From NCBI RefSeq assembly GCF_009914755.1, contig NC_060946.1: 64,000 nucleotides of DNA; one strand, written 5' to 3'. The translations under genes and the position numbers were made by a program. Numbering within the stretch: position 1 is the stretch's first letter; each line of letters opens with the position of its first letter. Below the pieces are notes generated by a model. The model did no database searches. It saw only the letters and a list, made by a program, of their open reading frames with translations, and had not been told where the DNA came from. This DNA is from the human T2T-CHM13v2.0 reference genome, Homo sapiens. Positions 1 through 18,995 of this stretch are shown piece by piece.

Positions 1-589
1 GTATTTGGTAGAGACAGCGTTCGCCATGTTGCCCAAGCTTGTCTTGAACTCCTGAGCTCAGGACATCTGCCTGCCTCAGCCTACCAAAGTGCCAGGATTA
101 CAGGCCTGAGCCACTGCTCCTGGCCACATGGTCTATCTTTGAAAGGCTTGGTAGTACACTTGAAAACTATTTATATTCTGCAGTTATTGGGTACAGTGTT
201 CTGTAAATGTCAGATCAAATTTGTTAACAGTGTTGATGCGATTTTTCTATACCCTTGCTGATTTTTTTTTTTTTTTTGAGACAGGATCTCATTCTGTCAC
301 CCAGGCAGGAGTATAATGGCACAATCATAGTTCACCGCAGCTTGTTTTTAAAAAATCAATTTTAGTGAATTACATAGAAAGAATCATTGATTATTTGGAT
401 TTATCTGTTTCTTCCCTTAGTTTTGTCTATTTTTGCTTCCTGATTTTTTTTTTCCTTCAGGAATTGTGATGCTCTGTTGTTAGGTGTACATATATTTATG
501 ATTGCTATGTCTTCTTGATAAATTGTTCCTAGCTTGTGGTTTTCAAAGCCACGCATGGAGAGTCAGTTCTCTCCCCTAGCAAAACTTCT

Positions 590-1056
590 TTTCATGCGCG
601 TCCGTGTGAAGAGACCACCAAACAGGCTTTGTGTGAGCAATATGGCTGTTTATTTCACCTGGGTGCAGGCGGGCTGAGTCCAAAAAGAGAGTCAGCGAAG
701 GGAGATAGGGGTGGGGCCATTTTATAGGATTTGGGAAGGTAATGGAAAATTACAGTCAAAGGGGGTTGTTCTCTGGTGGGCAGGGGTGGATCTCACAAAG
801 TACTTTCTCAAGGGTGGGGAGAATTACAAAGAACCTTCTTAAGGGTGGGGGAGACTACAAAGTACCTTCTTAAGGGTGGGGGAGATTACAAAGTACATTG
901 ATCAGTTAGGGTGGGGCAGGAACAAATCACAATGGTGGAATGTCATCAGTTAAGGCTGTTTTTACCTCTTTTGTGGATCTTCAGTTACTTCAGGCCATCT
1001 GGATGTATACGTGCAAGTCACAGGGGATGCGATGGCTTGGGCTCAGAGGCCTGACA
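590..1056 (-). mobile_element. Solo HERV-H LTR (LTR7 family, LTR7B/LTR7Y-like)
   Basis: Minus strand begins TGTCAGGCCTCTGAGCCCAAGCCATCGCATCCCC and ends GGACGCGCATGAAA. 5-bp TSD CTTCT at 585-589 and 1057-1061. Three 31-bp internal repeats (AAGGGTGGGG at 810, 841, 872). Minus-strand TATAAAA (720-726) and AATAAA (649-654). Confidence 0.93.
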
Positions 1057-1870
1057 CTTCTCATACCTTTTTTCTCTCTTCCCAATTCTCTCTCTCACAC
1101 ACACTACCCTGGAGTTTCTCATTTAACACCCTCCATGCTCCAAAGAAAGCCTATAAAACAAAGAAACCCCTGTTTCACTTGAAGACTAAGTGGCAGGATT
1201 GGTCTCTTCTATCTCTCTTTTTCTCCTCCCCTCCTTACTTTCTCCTGGTTCTGCATTTTATAGGTTGTCTAAACCTCTCTCATGAGCCCTCTAGCTCTTG
1301 TTTCAGGCTCTCTTGGCCCATCTTCCTCTGCCCACAAATGTCCCTGATCAGTCTGATAGGGACAGGAAGGGGTGGGGACCAGAACATTCTGCTGGAAAAG
1401 ATAACATTATCTGGCTCAGGAAGGGGAGGGGAATGTTTAGGAACATTTGCGCCTCAGTAAATTTTAACTCCTCATTGTATCATACCATTTATTCAACAGA
1501 TCATTTGCCTGGGACATACAATGGTAAACATGACACCTAAAGTTTTTTCTCCCACTCAGTTTAATGGGGAATGAATGCGGAAAAGTACAGAGCTGTTTGC
1601 AAATATTCTATGATAGGGGCTGTGGGGGCGGGAAGCATGGGGTTGGGGGCGGACCCTTCTTGTGCCTACCTCTACTCAGACCGTCCCAGAACATCTGACC
1701 ACTTGCTTGACACCTTGATGTGAATGTCTAATACACATCTCAAACAAAACCGGACCAAACATAACTGAAGCTACACTTTTCAAGTTGTTCAGGCTAAATG
1801 TCTGGAATGATCCATAACCCTTCTCTTTCTCTCACACCTCACATTCTAATCCATTGGCAATTCCTACTAG

Positions 1871-2297
<427 letters not shown>

Positions 2298-2486
2298 TGA
2301 TCTGCTCTCTGCCCAGCATTCAGAGTGGTCCTGCTAGAAACGTAAGGCAGATCTTGTCACACTCCTGCTTAAAATCCTCCCATGCTCCCCACCATGCCAA
2401 GAAAACAACAATAAAAAAACCCAGTATTATTCCCAGTCCTGTGAAGCTTGTCATCATCTGCATCTCCCCACTCTCCCCACAACCTA

Positions 2487-2980
<494 letters not shown>

Positions 2981-3004
2981 ACAAAGAAGAAGAAGAAGAG
3001 GGCA

Positions 3005-3725
3005 AGTGTATGAGTCTGCTCCAGTTGCTATAACACAATACCACAGCCTGGGTGACTTAAACCACAGAAATATTTCTCATAGTTCTTGAGACTGGATCCC
3101 AAGATAGAGGTGTCGGCAAGGCTGGTTTTTCCTGAGACCTCTCTCCATGGCTAGTAGATGGCCCCTTTCTCCCTGCATCTTCTTTTATTATTATTATTGT
3201 TATTACTATTATTATTATTATTATTAAGACAGAGTCTCACTCTGTTGCCCAGGCTGGAGTGCAGTGGTGAGATCTTGGCTCGCTGCAGTCTCCGCCTCCC
3301 AGGTTCAAGAGTTTCTCCTGCTTCAGCCTCTCGAGTAGCTAGAATTACAGGCGTGTGCCACCATGCCTGGCTAATTTTTGTGTTTTTAGTAGAGACAGGG
3401 TTTTGCCATGTTGGCCAGGCTGATCTTGAACTCCTGACTTCAGGTGATCTGCCTGCCTTCGCCTCCCAAAGTGCTGGGATTACAGTTGTGAGCCACCTTG
3501 CCCAGCCTCTTCCTGAATCTTCACATGGTCTTGTCGCTATGCACATGCATCCCAGCTGCCTCTTCCTCCAACAGGACACCAGTCCTGTTGGATTAGGGCC
3601 CCGCCCTAATGGTCTCATTTAAACTTCATCACCTCTTTCAACACTTTACCTTCAAATACAGTCACATTCCGAGGTACTGGGGGTTTGGGACTTCAACATA
3701 TGAATTTTAGGGGGACATAGTTCGG
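3005..3725 (-). mobile_element. MLT1 (ERVL-MaLR) LTR interrupted by an antisense AluS (~3183-3508, TTA-repeat tail)
   Basis: MLT1-type motifs (ataccacagcctgggtgacttaa; ggattagggccccgccctaat; gaattttagggggaca) on both sides of the Alu. Confidence 0.8.
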
Positions 3726-4008
3726 TCAAACACTCTCCCATCTGAGCTATTTCAGCTGCTAGAGGGGCACACAGTCCAGCCCATAACCCAGGCTCATTCC
3801 CATCTGAGGTTTTCAGCTTGTGCTGTTCCCTCTTCCTAGAACACTCTTCCCTCTGCTATTTCCCATCAACACTCTCCCGTAGAGCCAGATTCATAGACTG
3901 TCAGACCTTCTAGATCTGGATCTAGAACAAGGACGCTTCTAGATCATCAAGTCTAGCATTTCCCAACATTTTGTCTTTCCTTGTCATCCCCCTAGAGAGT
4001 CTTTTTAG

Positions 4009-4161
<153 letters not shown>

Positions 4162-4315
4162 TGACCCCACCCCATGAAGTTTTAATATCACAAATATAAA
4201 GTATGTAATATACGTCTGTACAAACTCTGTATATATATCTGTGTTTTATACATAAAGAGTAAGATGGTTTTTTTGCTTCCCAAGATCAATTTTCACCTCT
4301 TGGGGGTCCTACTGA

Positions 4316-4534
<219 letters not shown>

Positions 4535-6008
4535 TAGGCCTATGACACCATGCCCAGGTTTTTTGTTTTTTGCAGAGACTGGGTTTTGCCATGTTGCCCA
4601 GGCTGGTCTCGCACACCTTGGCTCAAGCAATCCGCCTGCTTCACCCTCCCAAATTGTTAGGATTACAGGCATGAGCCACCACACCTGGCCTTCATCCCTT
4701 TTTAACACGTAGGGAAATGGAAACCCAGGGAAGTGTGGGGACTTGATCAAGGCCATACAGCAAGTTAAAGGCAAAGCCAGGATTCAGACACAGACTTGTT
4801 CATTCATTCGTTCATTCATTCATTAAACATGTATCAAATGTCTGCTATGTACCAAACACTGTTACAGGTTCCAGGATCTAACAGGGAACAAAGATAAAAT
4901 CCCTTGCCTTGGGGAATTTATATAATTGTCCAGGGATACAGATATTTCCCCTATACCTCCATGGCTGCTCAGTCAGGATTTTTCAGACTGTTACACAGAT
5001 GTTGTAACATTGTTCTTTGAAAAAAAAAATCATGTGCTTTAGTTTTGGGTATTGTTGGTGTCCACACTGCAGGACTTCTCAGTGCCTACAATAGTTTAAC
5101 ATGTATTGTGAATCTCTGGAAGGGAGAATAGAATATTCAGAGTTTTCCAAATTTATTTGACCACAGAACAATTATGAACTTGTTCTTTCCCTTCTGTGGA
5201 GCACCTTGCATTATGAGTGGCCTGTGGAACATAAGGTAGGAAATGCTAGAGTTAGCTAGGATAGCCACTCACAGCCTAGTATGAATTAGTTTCCAAACGA
5301 GCTTTATGAAATGGACTGTGGAAGTTGTAAGTGTTGCTGTAGGGGCAGGGGTACTGTCCAGGAAGGGGTTCCATGGTCAGTCCTAGGGAAATGGGATTAG
5401 GAAGACATAGGGGTGAGGACAATTTAGAGAGGCCCATGAAGTCAATCTCTGTGGACTCTGAGGCCCAGAATGAGGGCTGGGCCTGGCTACCATCTTCCAG
5501 CTAGAAGTTTCCTCACTCAGAGCCCCTGAGGCCCTAGAAGGCACTGGATGTAGAGGGCTCTGCTGCACCTACCACAGAGAGGCCACTGTTTGACTTTGAC
5601 AGGAAGACTGAGTTGGCACCAGCCTCCAGAAGAGGCCATCATGGGTTTGGGTTTGCATCCTGGGTTTACCAGCATGTAACCCCAGTTTCCTCATCTTTTA
5701 ATGGAGAAATTCTCATCTCCTTGCTTGCAAAAAGTTAAATGATATATTATATATATGCCTGTGCCCAGGGTACACACAAAGAACTTGGTAAGCTCTCAGT
5801 AAAGGTTGATGGAAATTGTTAGTATCATTCTTAATATTGTTATTAGTATTATTATACATTTCTCGGTCCCTTTGCTTTGACCTCCTCCCTTATCTCCACC
5901 CAAAACCTTTTACCCAAGCATACCTTTCTCAGAATAATGATGATAATAATATCGATGATACATATTGTGTTTATCCCTTTCACATGTGATATAATTTAAA
6001 CCTCACAG

Positions 6009-6346
<338 letters not shown>

Positions 6347-6540
6347 TTATTGTCTATTTAAAGCAGAGACGTGAGGCTCAGAGGCTCTGAGAGTTCAAGC
6401 AACTTGCCTGAGACCACCCAGCCTGCAGGACCATTGAGCCCACCGTAGGTTGTGCAAGGTTTTGGGGGGTGGATGAAAGAGATAATGGGCACAAATAAAA
6501 TGTATAAACAATAAGTTGCTGGGTTCATGTCCTCCCTTTA

Positions 6541-8346
<1,806 letters not shown>

Positions 8347-8349
8347 CAA

Positions 8350-9604
<1,255 letters not shown>

Positions 9605-9615
9605 GAAAAAAAAAA

Positions 9616-10562
9616 ATCTCCCACTAAAGAAAAGACCAGGACCACATGGCTTCACGGTGAAATTCCATCAAACATTTAAAGAAAAACCAATACTTATCCT
9701 TCCCAAACTCTTCCAAAATAAAGAAGAAGGAATACTTCCAAGCATATTTTACAGCATTATCCTGAATGCAAAGCCAGACCAGGACACAAGGAAAGATAAT
9801 TACAGGCCAATATCTCTGATAAGAATAGGTACCAAATACTAGCAAACCAAATTCAACAGCACATTAAAAGGATCATTCATCATGATCAAGTGGGATTTAT
9901 CCCTGGGACGCGAGGGTGGGTCAACATAGACAAATCAATAAATGTGAGCTGGGCGCGGTGGCTCATGCCTGTAATCCTAGCACTTTGGGAGGCTGAAGCG
10001 GGCAGATCACCTGAGATCAGGTGCCATTATTTGAGGTCAGCCTGGCCAACATGGAGAAAATGTTTCTACTAAAAATACAAAACTTAATCGGGCATGGTGG
10101 CACATGCCTGTAGTCGCAGCTACTCAGGAGGCTGAGGTGGGAGAATCACTTGAACCCCAGAGGCGGAGGCTGCAGTGAGCCAAGATTGTACCACTGCACT
10201 CCAGCCCAGGCGACAGAGTGAGACTCTGTCTCAAAAAAACCCAAAATCAAAAACCAAAACAAAACAAAACAAAGATGTGATCACTACATTAATGAATTAA
10301 GGACAAAAACCATAAGATCACCTCAATAGATAGAGAAAAAGCACTTGATAAAATTCAACATATTTTCCTGATAAAAACTCTCAATAAATTAGGCACAGAA
10401 GGAACGTACCGCAACACAATAAAGGCCATATATGACAAGCCCATAGCTAACATCATACTCAATAGTGCAAAGCTGAAAGCTTTTCCTTTAAGATCAGGAA
10501 GACCACTCTCACGACCTCTAGTCAACATTGCGCTTGAAGTTCTAGCCAGATCAATCAGGTAA
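9616..10562 (+). mobile_element. L1 ORF2 (reverse transcriptase region) fragment with an Alu inserted at ~9947-10270
   Basis: Translates to degenerate ORF2 motifs (FHQTFKE, NYRPISL, MGFIPG.RGW.NI.KSINV, EVLAR). Confidence 0.88.

Positions 10563-10615
<53 letters not shown>
10563..10615 (+). repeat. (CA)n microsatellite
   Basis: About 26 uninterrupted CA units. Confidence 0.97.
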
Positions 10616-10618
<3 letters not shown>

Positions 10619-11009
10619 TTTCTTATTCTTCCCTTTCTCCCTCTCCTGCCCCCTCTACCCCAGTGAAGGAGGAGGAGGTTGCAGTAAGCTGAGATCATGC
10701 CACTGCACTCCAGCCTGGGCTACAGAGATTCTGTCTCAAAAAAAAAAAAAAAAAAAAGAAGGTTAATCCTGCCATTGGTGACAACATGGATGAACCTGCA
10801 GGACATTATGCTATTATGCTAAGTGACATCAAGACCTGGTTCCTCCTCCTGCCCCTCTACCTGAGCTCTCACTACTGCTCCACTGAGATCCCCAAGAGCA
10901 AAGCTGTGACAAAGACTTCAGTGGGAGTCATCAGAGAAAAAGGAACACAACCACCTAGCGTGAAAGGGGGTGAGAAGCTGAAGATCCTACACATCTAGGG
11001 TGTGTTTAT

Positions 11010-11420
11010 GAGAGGAAGGGAGGGAGGCAGAGAGGGAGAGAGGGGCGAGAACAAGAGGAAGGGAGTCAGAGGGGAGAGAGAGAGGCCAGAGAAAGAGAGA
11101 AAGAGGGAGAGAGAGGAGGTGGGGGGACAGACTGAGAAGAGAGAGAAGAGAAAAATGGAGGGAGAGAGAAGGGAGAGACAGAGGAGAGAGGGAAGAGAGA
11201 GAGGGAGAGAGAGGAGAGAGTAGGGGTCAGGGGAGAGAGGGGAGAGAAAGATGGGGAGAGACACAAAGAGAGAGAGGGAGACAGTGGGGAGAGAGGGGAG
11301 AGACAGAGAGACAGAGAAAGAAGGAGAGGAGGTGGGGAGAGAGGGAAGAGAAACAGGAGAAAGAGAGAGAGGAGAGTGGAGAGACCAAGGGGAAAGAGAG
11401 AGATGGAGAGAGAGAAAAGG
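11010..11420 (+). repeat. GA-rich polypurine low-complexity tract
   Basis: ~400 bp of almost pure G/A. Confidence 0.92.
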
Positions 11421-11629
11421 AGCACTGGCAAGCTTTTGTTTGTGCTCCCCTGAGAGAGGCCTGTATGGAATGCGTATTCATTATTAACAAGGACAAAAGC
11501 AGTGATGATTCCAGTAACAACCACCCTCACCACAGCCATTTGTGGAAAGGAGAGACGGCATCTACTGAGCGCTCTGCTCTGTGCTGGGCACCTGGTGAGG
11601 CCCTCACACATCCACAATCTCTGAGTCAG

Positions 11630-11648
11630 CAGCCACCAGGGGGCTGGC
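11630..11648 (+). promoter_or_regulatory. CTCF motif (forward) with adjacent AP-1 site
   Basis: AGCCACCAGGGGGCTG versus consensus CCACCAGGGGGCGC; TGAGTCA at 11622-11628. Confidence 0.6.
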
Positions 11649-12345
11649 CCCTCACCTCAGCCGGGAGGAAACTGAGCAAGTGAGGCCCCCACCCGGCCTG
11701 CGGGTGGTGAATCCCCACCCACCGCTCCTACTTCCTGGGGCCTCTGTTTACCAGTTACTGTAATTAGAAGATTAATAGAGGGGAAATAGGGGAGGGGGTG
11801 GAGAGGCCCTTCCTTTTTCTGCTGTGAGTTCCTGGAATCTTCTCTTGACACAAAACATCAGGGAGGCAGGCCTGTGGGTCATGACAGGTTCCTCCCCACT
11901 GGAGGGAGGTGGCCTTCTGCTATTTTATCCTCCCCGGACCTTTAGCAGCTTCTGGGTGGACCCTCAGTTTTAGATTAAACAATCACCCTTCCTCTTCTCT
12001 GACTCAAGTCACTGAATGGGGTTGACCCATCTTGATTCCAAAAGGGAGGACATAACCCAGGTTTGGCCAATAATAGTCATCGTGATTGGGTTCAGGATGG
12101 ACGAGCACGTGATCCAATTTGAGCCAGTGAGAATCGGCTCTAAAACTCTGGTTGGATCAATTCAGAAAGAACAGCTCTCTTTGAGCAGAGCTTAAGAAGC
12201 TCATAGGATGTAATTTTGGACCTTGCCATCAAAGCCACCCTGCAAACAAAACTGGTGCAGGAGAAAGCCGAGGCTGGAGATGGTGAGAATGAGCTCAAGC
12301 ATCTTGTTATTGCAGACACCCCATTTGCTTTTTTTTTTTTTTTGA

Positions 12346-12717
<372 letters not shown>

Positions 12718-13104
12718 TGAGTTTCTGTCATTTCCACTTGAAAAAGTCCTGACTAGTTTACTCCCCCGAACCAACCAGAAGACACAAAGCAGAGCTCACC
12801 TTCCTGGAAATGGGCCCTTTACCCCCTCTTTTTTTTTTTTCTCCTCTAGTTTGGAAATTCTTTCTCTCCACTTCTGCCTGTCCCAGGCTTCATTGGCCAT
12901 GATCGTCCTCCATTGCTGGGTCTCAGTCTCCTCCTCCCTCCATAAATCTCCCCCTTTCTCAGATGAAAAGACCAACACTGAAAAGGCAAGTTGATGTGCT
13001 CCGGTTTGCACAGAGCCCTGGAAGCAGAGCTGGGATTTGAATTCTGGGCTCCTGATTCTCTGTCCAGGGCTCTTCATTCTGGCAGAGCAGGAGATCAATT
13101 TCTT

Positions 13105-13946
<842 letters not shown>

Positions 13947-14055
13947 CAGGAGATCAATTTCTTTGTTGAGGTTCCACCTAAGGCTGTAGCACTCACTCAC
14001 TGAGGTTCCTAAGAAACCTGCCTGTCCTAGGAAACCTCCTACTGAGACCTGCCCC

Positions 14056-14074
14056 GCACTGCCACCTGGTGGTA
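14056..14074 (-). promoter_or_regulatory. CTCF motif (reverse)
   Basis: Minus strand reads CCACCAGGTGGCAGTGC, a strong CTCF core match. Confidence 0.65.
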
Positions 14075-15972
14075 AGATATAAAAACACACCCTCCACGGT
14101 GGGATCAGATTGCGCGCCTGCTCCGCCCCCACCCCGCCCTCTCCCCGGTGGTGGGGTAGAGGGATGGTGGAAAGGGAACCAAGAGCTAGTTCCCAGAAGT
14201 GTAGGTATCTGGGATTGAGATTGGAGTGGGGCTACACCTCCTTCTCTGTTTTCAGTACCAGCCATAGCTCTGTCACTGTGCCTCTAGTTTCTTTCCTCTT
14301 TGCAGACATTGGCCACTTGTGAAACTAATTGTATTCCCTCTTTGCATTGTCTTCCAGGACACCTGGAACCAGCGTACAGTTCACTGTTAGCAACTGGATA
14401 GAATCGCATGGCAGGAATTTAGAAGAGGAGCTTAATCTCTGAGTCCACATTCCTTCCCCTGGGCCTCATTTTCCTACCTTATTTTATATTTAGTTTTCTG
14501 ATGATGTTCAGGACATCCTTCCAGCCACCTTAACTCTCCTCTTTGTAAGGGACAGGAGGGACAAAGCAAGGTTATACATTCAGAAAGAGCTTGCCTACCT
14601 TCTGCAAGTCTCAGTTTCCTCCCCTATAAAGTGGGCACAAGAATCCCTGCCTTGGAGGGTTTTGTGTGTGTTTCAGGAGATGCTGGATTAATATTAGTGT
14701 CCACCCTATTTCCCACCTCCCCATCCTCCAGGCTCTCTGCCAGTTATGTGATGCAGGCTAGGATGCAAAGGAGATCAACAGCACAGATCACTTTTTCCCC
14801 AGTGCCATTTGTGCTCTGCAGGCCCAGTGGGTGCCCCTACTAGAGCCTTGTACCCTGAGCCCAGTCCCTACCTGCCTTCTGGAAGATGTTGGCTCCAGAA
14901 TTCTCTGCCTCCCTCCTGCAGGCATTGTGGCATTCACAGCTGATTTGCAGAGAGCCCAGATGCATCTCATAAATAAGGAATGTACTGTTCTGCAGGACGG
15001 CTGTGGCGTGGCTGTGTGGGGGTGGGCAGGCTGGAGTAGACAGGAACCACGAGAGGCAGGGAGGACTGTACAGGGGTTGCTGACCAGGTGGAAGATGATG
15101 GGAGCCTCAGAAGGTGTCGTGGGACAGGGTCAGGGAGAGGGCTCTATGCGGCCAGGATCTGGATGCAGATTGTTGAGACTGAAATTTGGCTCAGATCCCT
15201 TCTAGTTGTGTCTGTTTTATCTTCAGTTTCCTTGTCTATAAAATGGGGAGAGATTGTGTGTCCCCGGCATCACTGGACTGTTAATAGCTATTGCATTTAT
15301 AGCATTTATCCCAGAACCTGAAACACAGTAAATGCTCAGTAAGTGTTATTATTTGCCCCAAACTGTCTTAGTGCTTTCCCCAAGAGCTTTGTGTTGTTTG
15401 TACTATGAGGAATAATGAGGGTGGTGTGGGAGTCGGCCTCTGTGTCTGCAGAGAGGACCACAGACCACAGGAATAGAGACAGGTAGATAGGATCAAGGTG
15501 ACAGGAACAGATGTTCAGAGCAAGAGATGAAGACGGCATCATCAACCCAGACAAGCCAGGTAAGTCCCTGAAAGGGGACTGCATTTCTGCAGCCCTTTCA
15601 AGGTGGGCACTTGAGACATTTGATTGGCTTTTAAAGGAAAGACTGACCTTTAGAAGGCATAAGCAGCTGGGGTCCCTGGAGACCCTGGGATGACACCGTC
15701 AGCATGGCTGTATTGAAACGGAGACCTCAGGCAAGCCACCTTTCTTCTCTGGGTCTCTGTTCCATCTATAAAGTGCTTTCTGAGAAGCCCTCCAGAACCG
15801 CAGCATTGGAAGCTTCAAGATTTAGTCATTCTTCTGGCAAACATATGTGGAAGGCCTCCGGGGTAGCAGACCCTTCACCGTGCCCTGGAGATGCTGGGAT
15901 GCGACAAAAAAGTAGGCTTCTCCCATGATGAACCTCACGGGTTAGTTGTGGGGGCGGCGGGGACGTGGGGGG

Positions 15973-15975
<3 letters not shown>

Positions 15976-16016
<41 letters not shown>
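15976..16016 (+). repeat. (GA)n microsatellite
   Basis: About 20 GA units; a second imperfect (GA)n lies at ~17468-17542. Confidence 0.95.
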
Positions 16017-16020
<4 letters not shown>

Positions 16021-18221
16021 GTACAACAGAAAAGCAAATGGATATGTAATTCTAAACTGAAATCAGCCCCAGAAGGAGCGGGGCCCCAGTCAATCCAGGG
16101 ACCTAAAAGTCAGGGAAGGTTCCCTGAAGACCATGAGGCTGGGCTGCTCCTGGAAGTGTGTGCCTGGGGTGGGAGCGTGCTGAATGATGAGGGTGGAACC
16201 TTGGGCTGGGGGCCAGCCATGGCAGGGTAAGGCTGCAAGGGAAGGTAAAGGTTGCTCTCCATCTTGAGACCAGAGGGGCTGCGAGCAGGGGAGTGATGAG
16301 GTCAGCTTTGCATTTCCAGAATCTTCAGGCTGCTGCAGCAAGGAGAACAGACTGGGGGGAAGCCCAGTAGGGGATGTTGGGGGCCAGGACCATGGTGGTG
16401 GTGACTTGGTGGGATGGGAGGGGGAATGACTTGGCGGAATGTTCCAGAGCATCGATGGGGCTTGGAGTGCATTGGGTGTGGGGGCCGTGGGAGAAGGAAG
16501 GGTGAGTGCGAAACTGGAGGAAGGGTGTTTTTGTAAAGTCTCCTGCAGAGCTTGTCTTCCCCATCCCAATTCCTTCTAGCCCCATCTCTGGCTCTGTCAG
16601 CAGCTGTCCATACAGGAAAAAAGATGAGACTCATCTCCTGTGGCTGAGAGGGGTGGCGGCAGGCGGGCGGGGAGGAGGGAAGGCAGCCGCTGTGCTGGCG
16701 GCTGCGGTCTGCACCTTTCTCTCAGCCTCAGCAGAAGCAGTAGCAGAAGCCACTGCAGCAGGGAGAGGATGGCCAGGCTGCAGCACCTGCTGGGGCGACT
16801 GGGAGGGCCTGGGAGCAGGTGCAGGGCGTCTGGAGGGGGTCTGTTTGCAGATGGATGAGAGCAACACACACTCTGCCCCGCTTCTCTGTTGTCTGGACAC
16901 AAAAGGCCAGACAAAGAAGCAGCAGGGATGGAGACACGGCCCTGCACGCACGTAGGCAAGCGCACACGCTGGAGACAAAAGAGAGGCAGAGGCGAGGTGC
17001 ATGGAGCAGGGAGCCTGGGGGCAGGGGGAGGCTCCCTGCGACCTCAGGCAAGGTCTCCTGGCCTCCTGAGCCTTGCTGTGTGCACCATAAAATACAGATG
17101 CTGGGGGAAACCAGTGGTCCCTGGACTTTCATAGTTTGATGGGGTTTTTTTTTTTTTTTGTCTTAATGGAAAATGGGTCATAGACTCCATAAAGTAGAGG
17201 ATACATTTTCAGGTCCTGCCAATGGAGAAAAGACCTGATAATTTTTTTTAAGTGCCGCTAATGTAGTAGAGTATCTACACTGCCCTGAATTATAGTCAAA
17301 GCAACAGCATCTGCTCACGCAGAAAGAACAGCAACTGTGTCTGTGGACTGGACTTGATATGTGTGTGCACTGCAGACAGTGTTGGTGTCTGTTTAGCTTC
17401 TAAGATCCTTTATAATAACTAACCAGGTATAAGAACTCTAGGTCTTGTGGGGAGTCTCTAATGGCCTTGAGAGAGAAAGAGAGAGAGAGAGTGAGAGGGA
17501 GAGAGCGAGAGAGCGAGACAGAGAGAGAGAGAGAGAGAGAGACTACCAGGCTGAAGTCAAATCACTTGCATGAGGCCCAAAAACTGGGAGCAGGAACCAC
17601 AGAATATTCACAGGAAGGAGGAAAAAATTCAGAAAAATAATAGTTCAAAGTCATATTTCATACTAATGTGAGAGAGAGAGAGAGCATTTACTGAGCAATG
17701 TGACAGGGCCATGTGTTTTCTGCACTCAGACCACTTAGTTCTTTCAAAAGCCCTGCAAGTGAGGTTATGTAATCTCCGTTTTACAGAAGAGGAAACTGAA
17801 GCCCAGAGGGTTGAAGTTCCCTACCCAAAGTCACATGGTGGGTAAGGGGCAAGGGTGGGATTCAAATTTAGTTCTGTCTGACTCCTGAGTCCATGTATTC
17901 ACTGCCCGCCCTGGCTGGGAGGAAGGCAGAGAAAGGAAACAAGACAGAGTGTCAGGTGGCAAAGAGCCTGGCAGTCCCTGGTGGATTCCTCCCCACTATT
18001 CCTGCAGACTGAAGGAGACCAGGCCCCGGGTGCTGCCCATCACTTCTCAAACCCTGTTTCCTTGTGTGCCCAAGGCAGACAACAGTGCCCAGCTCATGGG
18101 AGCTGTTGTGTCAATTGGATGAGGGCACATGCTTGGTCTGTGCAAGGGGCAGCCTGGAGGTGGCAAGAAGTTGATGTCCAGGGATCATCCTTCAACCATA
18201 AGAGATAAAAGCAGGTGGAGG

Positions 18222-18586
<365 letters not shown>

Positions 18587-18627
18587 TCAGCAGGACTGAG
18601 TTCTAGTCGCTAACAACTTGCTCATAG

Positions 18628-18995
18628 TTATGGAGTAAATTGTGCTCTCTCCACTCAAATTCTTATGTTGAATTCTTAACCCCCAATGTGACTACATTGG
18701 AAGATAGGGCCTCTAAAGAAGTAATTAAGGTAGAATGAGGTAGAAAGGGTGAGACCCTAATCTGACAGGACCGATGTCCTTATGAGAAGAGGGAGAGACA
18801 CCCGGGTTGTGTGTGCACAGAGAAAAGACCACATGAGGACACAGTGAGAAGCTGCCATCTGTGAATCGAGGAGAGAGGCCTCAGGAGAAGTTGACCCTGC
18901 TTCTACCTTGGTCTTGGACTTCCAGCCTCCTTAAGTTGTTTGTTAAGACACCCCAGTCTATGGTATTTTGTTATGACTGTCCTTGCTGACAAGTA
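18628..18995 (+). mobile_element. MLT1 (ERVL-MaLR) LTR
   Basis: MLT1-type motifs (ttcttatgttgaattcttaacccccaatgtgact; gaggcctcaggaga; ggacttccagcctcc; gtctatggtattttgttatg). Confidence 0.8.

Noticed and set aside
10995-11617. Long Leu/Ser- or Arg/Glu-rich ORFs
   Set aside because: Artefact of the GA-rich low-complexity tract.
16506-17139. Ala/Pro-rich overlapping ORFs resembling transcription-factor low-complexity regions
   Set aside because: Open in several frames on both strands because of high GC content; no recognisable domain or supported splice structure.
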